32,000 bases of DNA. Source: Methanopyrus kandleri AV19 (lineage in GTDB: Archaea; JAADCQ01; Methanopyri; Methanopyrales; Methanopyraceae). Location: positions 900,001 to 932,000 of the forward strand of contig NC_003551.1 in NCBI RefSeq assembly GCF_000007185.1, in the 5' to 3' direction. A model generated the notes under the pieces. That model had not been told where the DNA came from. It saw only the letters and a list, made by a program, of their open reading frames with translations, and made no database searches. The translations under genes were made by a program, and so were the position numbers. Shown piece by piece: positions 8,202 to 15,261 of this stretch (position 1 is its first letter; every line of letters starts with the position of its first letter).

Positions 8202-10293
8202 CGATATCGTCCCGATCGAGCTCCATACGCGCGCTTTCGACGCGGTTGGAACCCGAATAATCCTGCCCGAGGATAAGCACGTGACTGCCGTGTACGTCCT
8301 CTACGCGGCGACCTGCTGGTGGGACAAGGACGGCAACCCCGTGGACGCCGTTCCCATGACGGTGTGTTACGACGACGGCAGCGCGTACTCGACCTCGGTG
8401 GGAATCATCGACTGGTGCGCGACGGATCCCCGCGCGTACGACGACGAGAAGCGCAGGGTCGCCGCCGCCTGTGCCGTCCTACCCCAGCTCGAGGCCCACT
8501 GGGTGCGGGGAGAACCGCTGGTCTACCAAACACCCACCTTGGTCTTCCCCAAGCGCGTGTTCGCGGACGGGCGGGAGGAGCCGAACACGAAGCGTCCGAT
8601 CCTGTGGCTGCTCAAGCTCGTGTTCCCACCCGATAAACGACCGACCTGGATCGAGTTCGGGTATCACCCGGGTCACCTCTGGGTTCTAGCGATCACCGTG
8701 CGCACGACGGACGGGAAGTACTACGCGTTGGACAAGGACGGTCGCAGGGACCTCGGCGAGCCAGAGCAAAAGGTCGTCCTGGAACCTAACGGTGGCGAAC
8801 TACTTACCGCAGACACCAGCGGTTCGCTCTTTGGGACTTCCGTCAAGGTGACCGCGGAATGGTGCTGGCCGAAGAACGCACAGGTTGAAGCTCTGAATCT
8901 CAAGTTCGAGTGGCCTTTGACAACGACCGCCCTAGGCAGTGCCTTGTCGGTGACCGTCCGCGTACCGTCGGGTCATCTACTCCGCGACGCTATCCCAACT
9001 CCCGATGACTGGTACCTTAAATGGCTAAGGGACCAATTGAGGGATGAGATAATCAGATCGGCCGATAACGAGCTCCGCTCGCTGTCCCTTTCTGAGGAGG
9101 AAAAGGAGATCGCACGCCGCTGCATCGAGTATAGCGCCAACTTGACCGCCAACACGGCCCGGGGTGACGCGTTCGCCGCCCTCACCCTCGTGGCGCTGTA
9201 CGACCGGCTGGCCTCGCGGATCGCGGAGAAGCTCGGCGTCCACGTTTATCGAGCCGTCCCAGCGTACGTGACCGTCCTGACCGCCTGGCGGGCCGATCTT
9301 TGGGCAATCCTCGAACACGTAAACGAGCGGATATCCAAGCACTCGAAAGTGTTAACGTCGTTAGCGCTTCCGAAGGGATACGACACCCTCAGGCACATTG
9401 CCTTCACGCAGTTCCTAATCTATCAACCCACCCTGGGTCTGGAAGTGTACGGACCATCCCTCGAGGCCCGAGCCGTCAACGCGGTACTCTCCCTACTACT
9501 CCCGGGTCTCGAGCAGACGATCCTCGAGATCGGCAGGGGAGCCTCGGTAGCCGAAGGAGATCGGGTCGATGTCGATTGGCAGGAAGTCCGGGACAAGCTG
9601 GGGAACAATCTGAGAGAAATCGGGATCAAGGATCCCGAAGGTACCGCGCAGGAGATCGTCGAGGCCTTAAAGTACCTGACCGAGTTAGTGAAGTACGAGG
9701 ACATGGACGAGCGGCTGAAGTCCGCGGGCGTTCAGAGGTACGTCGATCCCTTCCTCGAACGCGTTCCTGTTATCTTCAACCGCACCCCTAGCCTCGAGGC
9801 GGCGGTACTATCTTACACGGACGTGGCCACGTGGACGACCACGATCTACACGCTCTTCCCCGTTCCGAGCAAAGGTGCGAGTACTCCCTCCGGTTGCTTC
9901 TGCGGTCCAATGACCGATAACCTGAAGAGGTTCTGGAATAGCTTGGCTGACAGCATCTTATACTTCCTAGCTTACCACGCCCTAGGAAACGCCGCTATTT
10001 CATTAGCAATTTCGCTTCTCATTGGCGGTGCAATAGGAGAAATAGCAGCCGGCGTGCTGACGCCTGTCATTGTAGCGGCAATTAAGGCCGGGTACTTTAA
10101 CGATTGGAGTGACTGGAACAAGCTAAAAATGTTCGCAAATGAGACTGCGAGCACTGCCCCCGCCTCCTTTACCGCAAAACTGCAGTGGGCCATCCACTGT
10201 TATGGGGGAGGTAGGGCGAAAGCCATAGCGACGACGGTCTCTTTCGCTTTTGCTTACCTATCGAGCGTTTGTACCGGGGCGAAACTGCCGTAG
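8194..10293 (+). CDS. Orphan protein with a third copy of the Cys/Trp-rich domain, a beta region, a long helical region and C-terminal TM helices (island gene D).
   Basis: 699-aa ORF whose GTG overlaps the gene C stop by 8 nt. Residues 1-170 align to the gene C repeats (YAATCWW, DWCA, W(V/I)LA-x-T). Hydrophobic helices lie at aa ~586-632 (nt 9949-10089) and ~676-693. No signal peptide and no good SD. Confidence 0.75.
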   Translation: MGNDIVPIELHTRAFDAVGTRIILPEDKHVTAVYVLYAATCWWDKDGNPVDAVPMTVCYDDGSAYSTSVGIIDWCATDPRAYDDEKRRVAAACAVLPQLEAHWVRGEPLVYQTPTLVFPKRVFADGREEPNTKRPILWLLKLVFPPDKRPTWIEFGYHPGHLWVLAITVRTTDGKYYALDKDGRRDLGEPEQKVVLEPNGGELLTADTSGSLFGTSVKVTAEWCWPKNAQVEALNLKFEWPLTTTALGSALSVTVRVPSGHLLRDAIPTPDDWYLKWLRDQLRDEIIRSADNELRSLSLSEEEKEIARRCIEYSANLTANTARGDAFAALTLVALYDRLASRIAEKLGVHVYRAVPAYVTVLTAWRADLWAILEHVNERISKHSKVLTSLALPKGYDTLRHIAFTQFLIYQPTLGLEVYGPSLEARAVNAVLSLLLPGLEQTILEIGRGASVAEGDRVDVDWQEVRDKLGNNLREIGIKDPEGTAQEIVEALKYLTELVKYEDMDERLKSAGVQRYVDPFLERVPVIFNRTPSLEAAVLSYTDVATWTTTIYTLFPVPSKGASTPSGCFCGPMTDNLKRFWNSLADSILYFLAYHALGNAAISLAISLLIGGAIGEIAAGVLTPVIVAAIKAGYFNDWSDWNKLKMFANETASTAPASFTAKLQWAIHCYGGGRAKAIATTVSFAFAYLSSVCTGAKLP

Positions 10294-10304
10294 GGGGCTC
10301 TCGG

Positions 10305-11270
10305 GTGGGTGATCCTTGGGAGGAGTTGGAACGCTTCTCAGACCCGGAATTACTCGAATTCTCCAAGCGCCTCGACGTCGAACTCTCCGGAGAAGAGTTG
10401 AAAGCCACTAAAAGGCGGGTTGAGCACGTTGAGTCACTGAAAATTAAGTGTATAATAGTCATTCCGATACTCGCTCTTGTAGGGTTAGCTATAAATGGTA
10501 AAATGCTTTCCATCCTCGCCAGCATTTATTATGAGTATCCTGCTTACGCGCTAACGCACGCCGCAGCAGTCCTAGCCTGGGATGTCGCCGTTATCTACAT
10601 GCTCCGACCGGGGTTATACAGGAAGGAAAAGCGCGCGCTCGAGCTCGCCCTACGTGTCAAAAAGCCCGTGCTCGCATATTTTTCACTTTACCACCCCTTG
10701 ACGGCGCCATTGGCTGGGTTTATCATACTGATATTCTCCTCGTACAAGCCATTACATATCCTATATAAGAACCCTAAAGGAGCTATAATAATGGTGATAG
10801 CGTATCATGTTCAGATATTTATACCGTTAATATCATATCTTGTACTTAGACTAACAAGAACCCCTGTAATACTATCATACAGCTTGATAGTGACTAAATT
10901 TGCAGTTGGACGACCGGTGGCCGTCGAGAAACTCTGGCAAGAGGCTCGCGAATATCGACCGTTAACGTTACCCCGAGTAGCGTTCATCGGGGTCTCCCTC
11001 GCGTCGACCATAGGCATGCTCCTACTCATAGGCTTGGTTAGATTGCTTCACATCGAGTACTCTACCAAGGGTATAGAAACGATCGCCCGAATGGCTCCAT
11101 TAGTAACGTTAGGAGTGACTCCAATAGTCACTGTCAAAGCGCGTAACTTACTCGCTAGGGTACCACCGACGACAATCGCAGAGGGAATCTTGACAGCCCT
11201 CAACGTACTGGCCGCGTTCACGTATACCATCCCCTTTTTCGTGATTCTACTGTATTATTGCCTCCCGTGA
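10305..11270 (+). CDS. Polytopic (~8 TM) orphan membrane protein, strongly AT-rich (island gene E).
   Basis: GTG 10305 sits 7 nt after AGGGGG. The N-terminus VGDPWEELERFSDPELLEF is soluble and helical, followed by repeated hydrophobic helices. Hand GC counts are 35% (10741-10800) and 28% (10801-10860). Confidence 0.7.
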   Translation: MGDPWEELERFSDPELLEFSKRLDVELSGEELKATKRRVEHVESLKIKCIIVIPILALVGLAINGKMLSILASIYYEYPAYALTHAAAVLAWDVAVIYMLRPGLYRKEKRALELALRVKKPVLAYFSLYHPLTAPLAGFIILIFSSYKPLHILYKNPKGAIIMVIAYHVQIFIPLISYLVLRLTRTPVILSYSLIVTKFAVGRPVAVEKLWQEAREYRPLTLPRVAFIGVSLASTIGMLLLIGLVRLLHIEYSTKGIETIARMAPLVTLGVTPIVTVKARNLLARVPPTTIAEGILTALNVLAAFTYTIPFFVILLYYCLP

Positions 11271-11319
11271 AGTTAATACTGGAGACTTCATCACAGTGGA
11301 CCAACCCCGTGTAACCCGA

Positions 11320-11400
11320 GTGGGTGATCTTGGGAGGAGTTGGAGCGTTCTTCCGACCCGGAACTCCGATCCCCACGCCGACGTCTGAGCGGCATCCGGT
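11320..11400 (+). pseudogene. Decayed duplicate of the 5' end of island gene E.
   Basis: 11320-11363 matches 10305-10349 at 39 of 45 positions with a 1-nt deletion (gtgggtgatc-ttgggaggagttgga..gacccggaa). The deletion shifts the frame and a TGA follows at 11386-11388. Weaker similarity continues to ..gacgtc. Confidence 0.6.
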
Positions 11401-11452
11401 GGATCGGAACCGCGCGTCAACCGAACGGTGTCCGCCAGGAATCCCTCAACGT

Positions 11453-11840
11453 TCGGTAAGAATGTTTATGCATCAATTACCACAAATACTCTTACTAGTA
11501 TCACACTATTTATGTATTGTCTACTGGTGATCATCCGATAATAGTAATACAATCGTTCAGGTTTGGTGGAGAGTGTGAAGGACGTTAAAGTGGGGGAATC
11601 AGTGTATCCGTAGCCCAGCCCGTTCAACACCAGTTATAACCCCGAACGTGAGGGAACGCGTTCCCGTAGGAACGGGCGGGGAGAGCCCACCGCGATGTCC
11701 GTACTCGGTAAGAACGTTCACCCACTATCCATCGGAAGTTGTATTGCTGATATCACATTATCTACGAATCGTCTACGTATGACTATTCGACGATGGTAAT
11801 ACGATCGTTCAAAATTAGCGGCGGGTACGAGGGAGGTTAA
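11453..11840. repeat. Two degenerate direct repeat units of 136 nt with a 252-bp period.
   Basis: 11453-11588 and 11705-11840 align without gaps at 91 of 136 positions by hand count. The best-conserved cores are tcggtaagaa, tatcaca-tat and cga-(t/c)a(a/g)t-gtaatac-atcgttca. Confidence 0.8.
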
Positions 11841-11950
11841 CCCTGAGAACGCGTACCGGTGAATTAACCGGTTCGATCCCTGTCTTGACGTGCTCCTACG
11901 GCGCGTCTCATGTCGTGATTATCGATGGGAGATCCCGGAGGCCGGCGCGG

Positions 11951-12499
11951 TCACCCGACCCTCCGTTCCAACGCCCTGCGGAACGCCTCCGCCAGCTCCT
12001 CCTCGTACCCCACCAGGTACACCGCCCTCACGCTCTCCAGCTCGGGTGCCAGCCTCTCGATGACCTCGACCATGGTCTCCGCGGCGTCCTCGTACGGTAC
12101 GCCGCCCACTCCCGTGCCCATCCCCGGGAACGCGACCGACTCGACGCCGAGTTCTTCGGCCTTCCGGAGCGCGGCCTCCGTGGCCTCGCGCACGTTCTCG
12201 ACGCCGATCCTCTGGGCCGGCCGTTCCATGGTGGGGGCGTGGATCACGTACTCGGCGTCGAGATCACCCGCCGTGGTCTCGACGGCCTCTCCGACCGGGA
12301 TGAGCGCCTTCTCCATCGCCTCCCGCTCGATCTCCTCCCCACCTTTCGCCTTGATGGCCGCCGCTACGCCACCTCCCATGACGCCGCGGCTGTTGGCGGG
12401 GTTGACGACGGCGTCGGCGTTGAGCTCGGTTATATCCCCTCTTAAAACGACGACCTTTATATCCTCCAATTCGAACTCGGCGACCCTCTCAAGCTCCAT
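11951..12499 (-). CDS. Macro domain protein (ADP-ribose binding / deacylase type).
   Basis: ..VVVLRGDITELNADAVVNPANSRGVMGGGVAAAI.. and ..VAFPGMGTGVGG.. are classic macro-domain motifs. Start taken at Met-15 of the track ORF (MELERVAEF). Confidence 0.88.
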   Translation of the reverse strand: MELERVAEFELEDIKVVVLRGDITELNADAVVNPANSRGVMGGGVAAAIKAKGGEEIEREAMEKALIPVGEAVETTAGDLDAEYVIHAPTMERPAQRIGVENVREATEAALRKAEELGVESVAFPGMGTGVGGVPYEDAAETMVEVIERLAPELESVRAVYLVGYEEELAEAFRRALERRVG

Positions 12500-12954
12500 G
12501 CGATCCGCCCCCGGGCCTCGGCAACCCCGTCGTCTCCTCACATCTCGGCTGGCACGGTGGTCCCCATCGGCCTCGGGCCCCGTCGTACTCGTCAGCGGGT
12601 TTCCTCGGCAGGGACAATGCTCGTCACCGGCCCGGACGCGCCCGGTGATCGGGCGCGCCCTCGAGACGACGTTCTCGCCGGCCCGGTTGGGGGACGGCGG
12701 GTCGCCCTTCCCCGGGTTAGGGGACGCCCGTCGGCGGTCCTTCCCGGGTGTGCCCGGCGGCTTGCCCGCCCCCTCATCCCGCCCGGAGCGGGCCGTCGGG
12801 GACGGCCTCGACCGGTGTGACCGGGCTACCGACGGGCCGGATCACCGGGGGCGGCGGGGGAGGCCGCCCGATCCTGACCGGCCGTACTCCCGAACCGGTG
12901 AACGGCCTTAAACCGTGTTCGGTCCGCGCGCTCCCCGTCCGGGGGAGTGATCGG
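12500..12954. other. Extremely GC-rich divergent intergenic block; candidate structured RNA or leader.
   Basis: Hand GC counts per 60-nt line across 12541-12900 are 72, 75, 73, 80, 82 and 77%. Track ORFs here are Arg/Pro/Gly junk. The block holds an 8-bp all-GC hairpin (12637-12657), two tandem related hairpins (12690-12717 and 12720-12749), and a hairpin ccgaaccggt / accgtgttcgg near 12891-12923. Confidence 0.35.
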
Positions 12955-13887
12955 GTGGATCCTTGGTCGGCGTTGGCCGTCATGATGGGGTGCTTCGTCG
13001 GGTTCCACTTCCTCTCGGAACTGCTCGTGGACGCCACGGTCGGCCTCGCCCGGAAATACGGTCTCTCGGAGTCGGTCGCCGGGGCCACCCTCGCGGCGAT
13101 CGGGACCAGCGCACCCGAGTTCGGCTCCTCGCTGAGCTCGATCCTGCTCGAACACCCGAACGTGGGTGTGGGTACCATCCTCGGATCGGCCGTGTACAAC
13201 GTCACCGTCATACCCGGGCTCGCGGCGCTCGCCGCGGGCGGTCTGACCCTCGAGCGTGCCGTGTACCGTCGAGACGTCCTCTTCTACCTCCTCGCGCTCG
13301 TGGTCGTGCTCGTCAGTCTCTGGGACCGGGTGGTCCTCCGCGTCGAGGCGCTCGCGTGGGTGGCGTTGTACGGGCTCTACGTCCTCCTCATGAGACGGAC
13401 CGACGAGAGTACCATCGGGGCCGAGGGCGACACCGGCGAGGCCTCGCTGCGGAGCCTCGTCGTCCGGGTATCGGTGGCCGTGGTCGGGATCGCGGCGCTC
13501 TCCGACCTGATGGTCCGGGCGACCGTCGACTTCTGCGAGGGGTTCGGTCTGTCCGAGTCGAGGGTGAGCCTGCTCCTGAACGCCGCGGGCACGTCGGTGC
13601 CCGACACCCTGGCCTCGGTGCACGCGGCCCGTCGGGGTTTCGGGAGCCTGGCGGTCTCGAACGCCGTCGGGAGCAACACGTTCGACCTCCTCGTCTGTTT
13701 GGGGGTTCCACTGTCGCTCGTGTCCCGGACACCGGTCCACGGGGAGTTGGGGGCGACGGTGCTGGCGCTGGTCGGCTGCGTGGTGCTCCTGTACCTGGTC
13801 ACGGTGGACGGGAAGCTTCGCAACGTGGAGGCGCTGGCGCTGCTGGGGGCGTACGCCGCGTTCGTGGCGTGCTTACTGGTATTATAA
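12955..13887 (+). CDS. Na+/Ca2+ exchanger family (CaCA / YrbG-like) membrane protein.
   Basis: Two alpha-repeat motifs, GATLAAIGTSAPEF and LLNAAGTSVPDTLAS, in a ~310-aa polytopic protein. GTG 12955 lies 7 nt after GGGGGAGTGATC. The track N-terminal extension (from 12748) is Pro/Gly/Arg junk. Confidence 0.88.
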   Translation: MDPWSALAVMMGCFVGFHFLSELLVDATVGLARKYGLSESVAGATLAAIGTSAPEFGSSLSSILLEHPNVGVGTILGSAVYNVTVIPGLAALAAGGLTLERAVYRRDVLFYLLALVVVLVSLWDRVVLRVEALAWVALYGLYVLLMRRTDESTIGAEGDTGEASLRSLVVRVSVAVVGIAALSDLMVRATVDFCEGFGLSESRVSLLLNAAGTSVPDTLASVHAARRGFGSLAVSNAVGSNTFDLLVCLGVPLSLVSRTPVHGELGATVLALVGCVVLLYLVTVDGKLRNVEALALLGAYAAFVACLLVL

Positions 13888-14027
13888 GAGAGGAACCTTC
13901 GACGTACCCGGGCACTTGAAGACTCCCGGTCCCTAGTAGGCCCACCGGAACCGCGCACCCCTGAGGGTCGGTGCTAACTAATACCCCCCACCTCACGGAG
14001 AGGAGGGGTGCGGGGCCCGCGGAACCG

Positions 14028-15068
14028 ATGGGGAGTCGTACCATGTCCGATGGTGCACTCCGCGAGTGGGAGGGGCGAACCTGGGAGGAGGTGGACGGGA
14101 AGGTACGGTGTTTGGTGTGCCCGCGGAAGTGCGTGATCCCCGAGGGGGAGCGGGGGTTCTGTCGCGTCCGGGAGAACCGGGACGGCGAGCTCGTCTTGCT
14201 GATCCACGGGAAGGTCAGTACGGCGGTCCCGGACCCCATCGAGAAGAAGCCCCTGTTCCACTACAAGCCGGGTACGGACGTGTTCTCCCTGGGCACCGTC
14301 GGGTGCAACTTCCGGTGTAGACACTGTCAGAACTGGCAGATCAGCCAGGCGGGGCCGGAGGAGGTCCCGCTGGAGGAGTGGCCCCCGGAGCGGATCGTCG
14401 GGGCCGCGAAGCGTACCGGGTGCGAGAGCGTGGCGTTCACCTACAACGAACCGATCATCGGCCTGGAGTACACGCTCGAGACCTTCGAGGCTTGTCGCGA
14501 GGAGGGGCTAGGGTGCGTCTACGTGACCAACGGGTTCGCGACGAGACGGACCGCGAAGATACTCGGCGAGGTCCTGGACGCGGCCAACGTCGACCTCAAG
14601 GCGTTCACCGAGGACTTCTACCGCGACGTCGCGAAGGCCTGGTTGAAGCCCGTCCTCCGCACGTGCAAGATCTGGAAGGATATGGGCGTACACGTCGAGC
14701 TGACCACCTTGGTGATTCCCGGGTACAACGACTCCGAGGAGGAAGCGCGGCGGATCGCACGATGGATACGGAAGGAGTTGGGTCCCGATACCCCGTGGCA
14801 CGTGAGCAGGTTCCACCCGGACTACAGGATGCTCGACGTGCCGCCGACGCCCGTCGAGACCATCGAGAAGTTCGTCGAGATAGGCTACGAGGAGGGCCTC
14901 TACTACGTGTACGCGGGTAACGTTCCGGGCCACAAGTACGAGAACACGTACTGCCCGGAGTGTAAGGAGCCGGTCGTGGTGCGCCGTGGGTTCTCGATAG
15001 TGAAGATGCACGTCACCGACGACTTCCACTGCGAGCACTGCGACGCCGAGCTACACTTCGTGACCTGA
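14028..15068 (+). CDS. AmmeMemoRadiSam-system radical SAM enzyme (PflA-like).
   Basis: Radical SAM cluster motif GCNFRCRHCQNW, N-terminal Cys cluster VRCLVCPRKCVIPEGERGFCRVREN, and C-terminal zinc-ribbon-like CPECKEP...CEHCDAE. The start is ambiguous among 13971, 14028 and 14043. Confidence 0.85.
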   Translation: MGSRTMSDGALREWEGRTWEEVDGKVRCLVCPRKCVIPEGERGFCRVRENRDGELVLLIHGKVSTAVPDPIEKKPLFHYKPGTDVFSLGTVGCNFRCRHCQNWQISQAGPEEVPLEEWPPERIVGAAKRTGCESVAFTYNEPIIGLEYTLETFEACREEGLGCVYVTNGFATRRTAKILGEVLDAANVDLKAFTEDFYRDVAKAWLKPVLRTCKIWKDMGVHVELTTLVIPGYNDSEEEARRIARWIRKELGPDTPWHVSRFHPDYRMLDVPPTPVETIEKFVEIGYEEGLYYVYAGNVPGHKYENTYCPECKEPVVVRRGFSIVKMHVTDDFHCEHCDAELHFVT

Positions 15069-15079
15069 GTCGGCCAATC

Positions 15080-15098
15080 GAGGCGTCTTCATCGCCTC
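15080..15098 (+). terminator. Small hairpin just after the radical SAM gene stop.
   Basis: gaggcg-tcttcat-cgcctc forms a 6-bp stem 12 nt downstream of the stop. This is structural only; archaeal termination usually relies on T-tracts. Confidence 0.2.
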
Positions 15099-15261
15099 TC
15101 CGGCTCCAGACGGCCCACACTCGTCATCCTTCCAGTGAGCCTTATCGTCGGGGACCGACTCGGGGGTGTGTGAACGCGTTCCGTGACTCCGGTGGAGGTC
15201 GGGGACGCACCGGGCGGAGCGAGTTTAAGGCAGGTACCGGGGCGGCGGTCGGGGTGAGAGC

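Noticed and set aside
11865-11881. tRNA-like T-arm string GGTTCGATCCC.
   Set aside because: The flanking sequence cannot be folded into an acceptor, D or anticodon cloverleaf. The local stems (ggtacg/cgtacc, ccggt/accgg) do not fit tRNA geometry. I found no tRNA, rRNA or CRISPR array in the window.
12748-12954. N-terminal extension of the CaCA gene, together with overlapping ORFs 11925..12911 (+), 12557..12820 (+) and 12592..12777 (-).
   Set aside because: All are Pro/Gly/Arg/Ser strings generated by 72-82% GC DNA, and none has motifs. The CaCA homology begins at about 12955.
12500-12954. Naming the GC-rich block as SRP RNA or RNase P RNA.
   Set aside because: I could not find the conserved helix-8 GGAAGCAGCC-type core or the RNase P GGAAAGUCC / ACAGAA cores on either strand. 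I kept it only as an unclassified structured-RNA candidate.
12826-13919. 304-aa minus-strand and 318-aa plus-strand ORFs overlapping the CaCA gene.
   Set aside because: These are alternative frames of a gene with clear GTSAPE / GTSVPD alpha-repeat motifs. Their products are Arg/Gly/Pro-rich junk.
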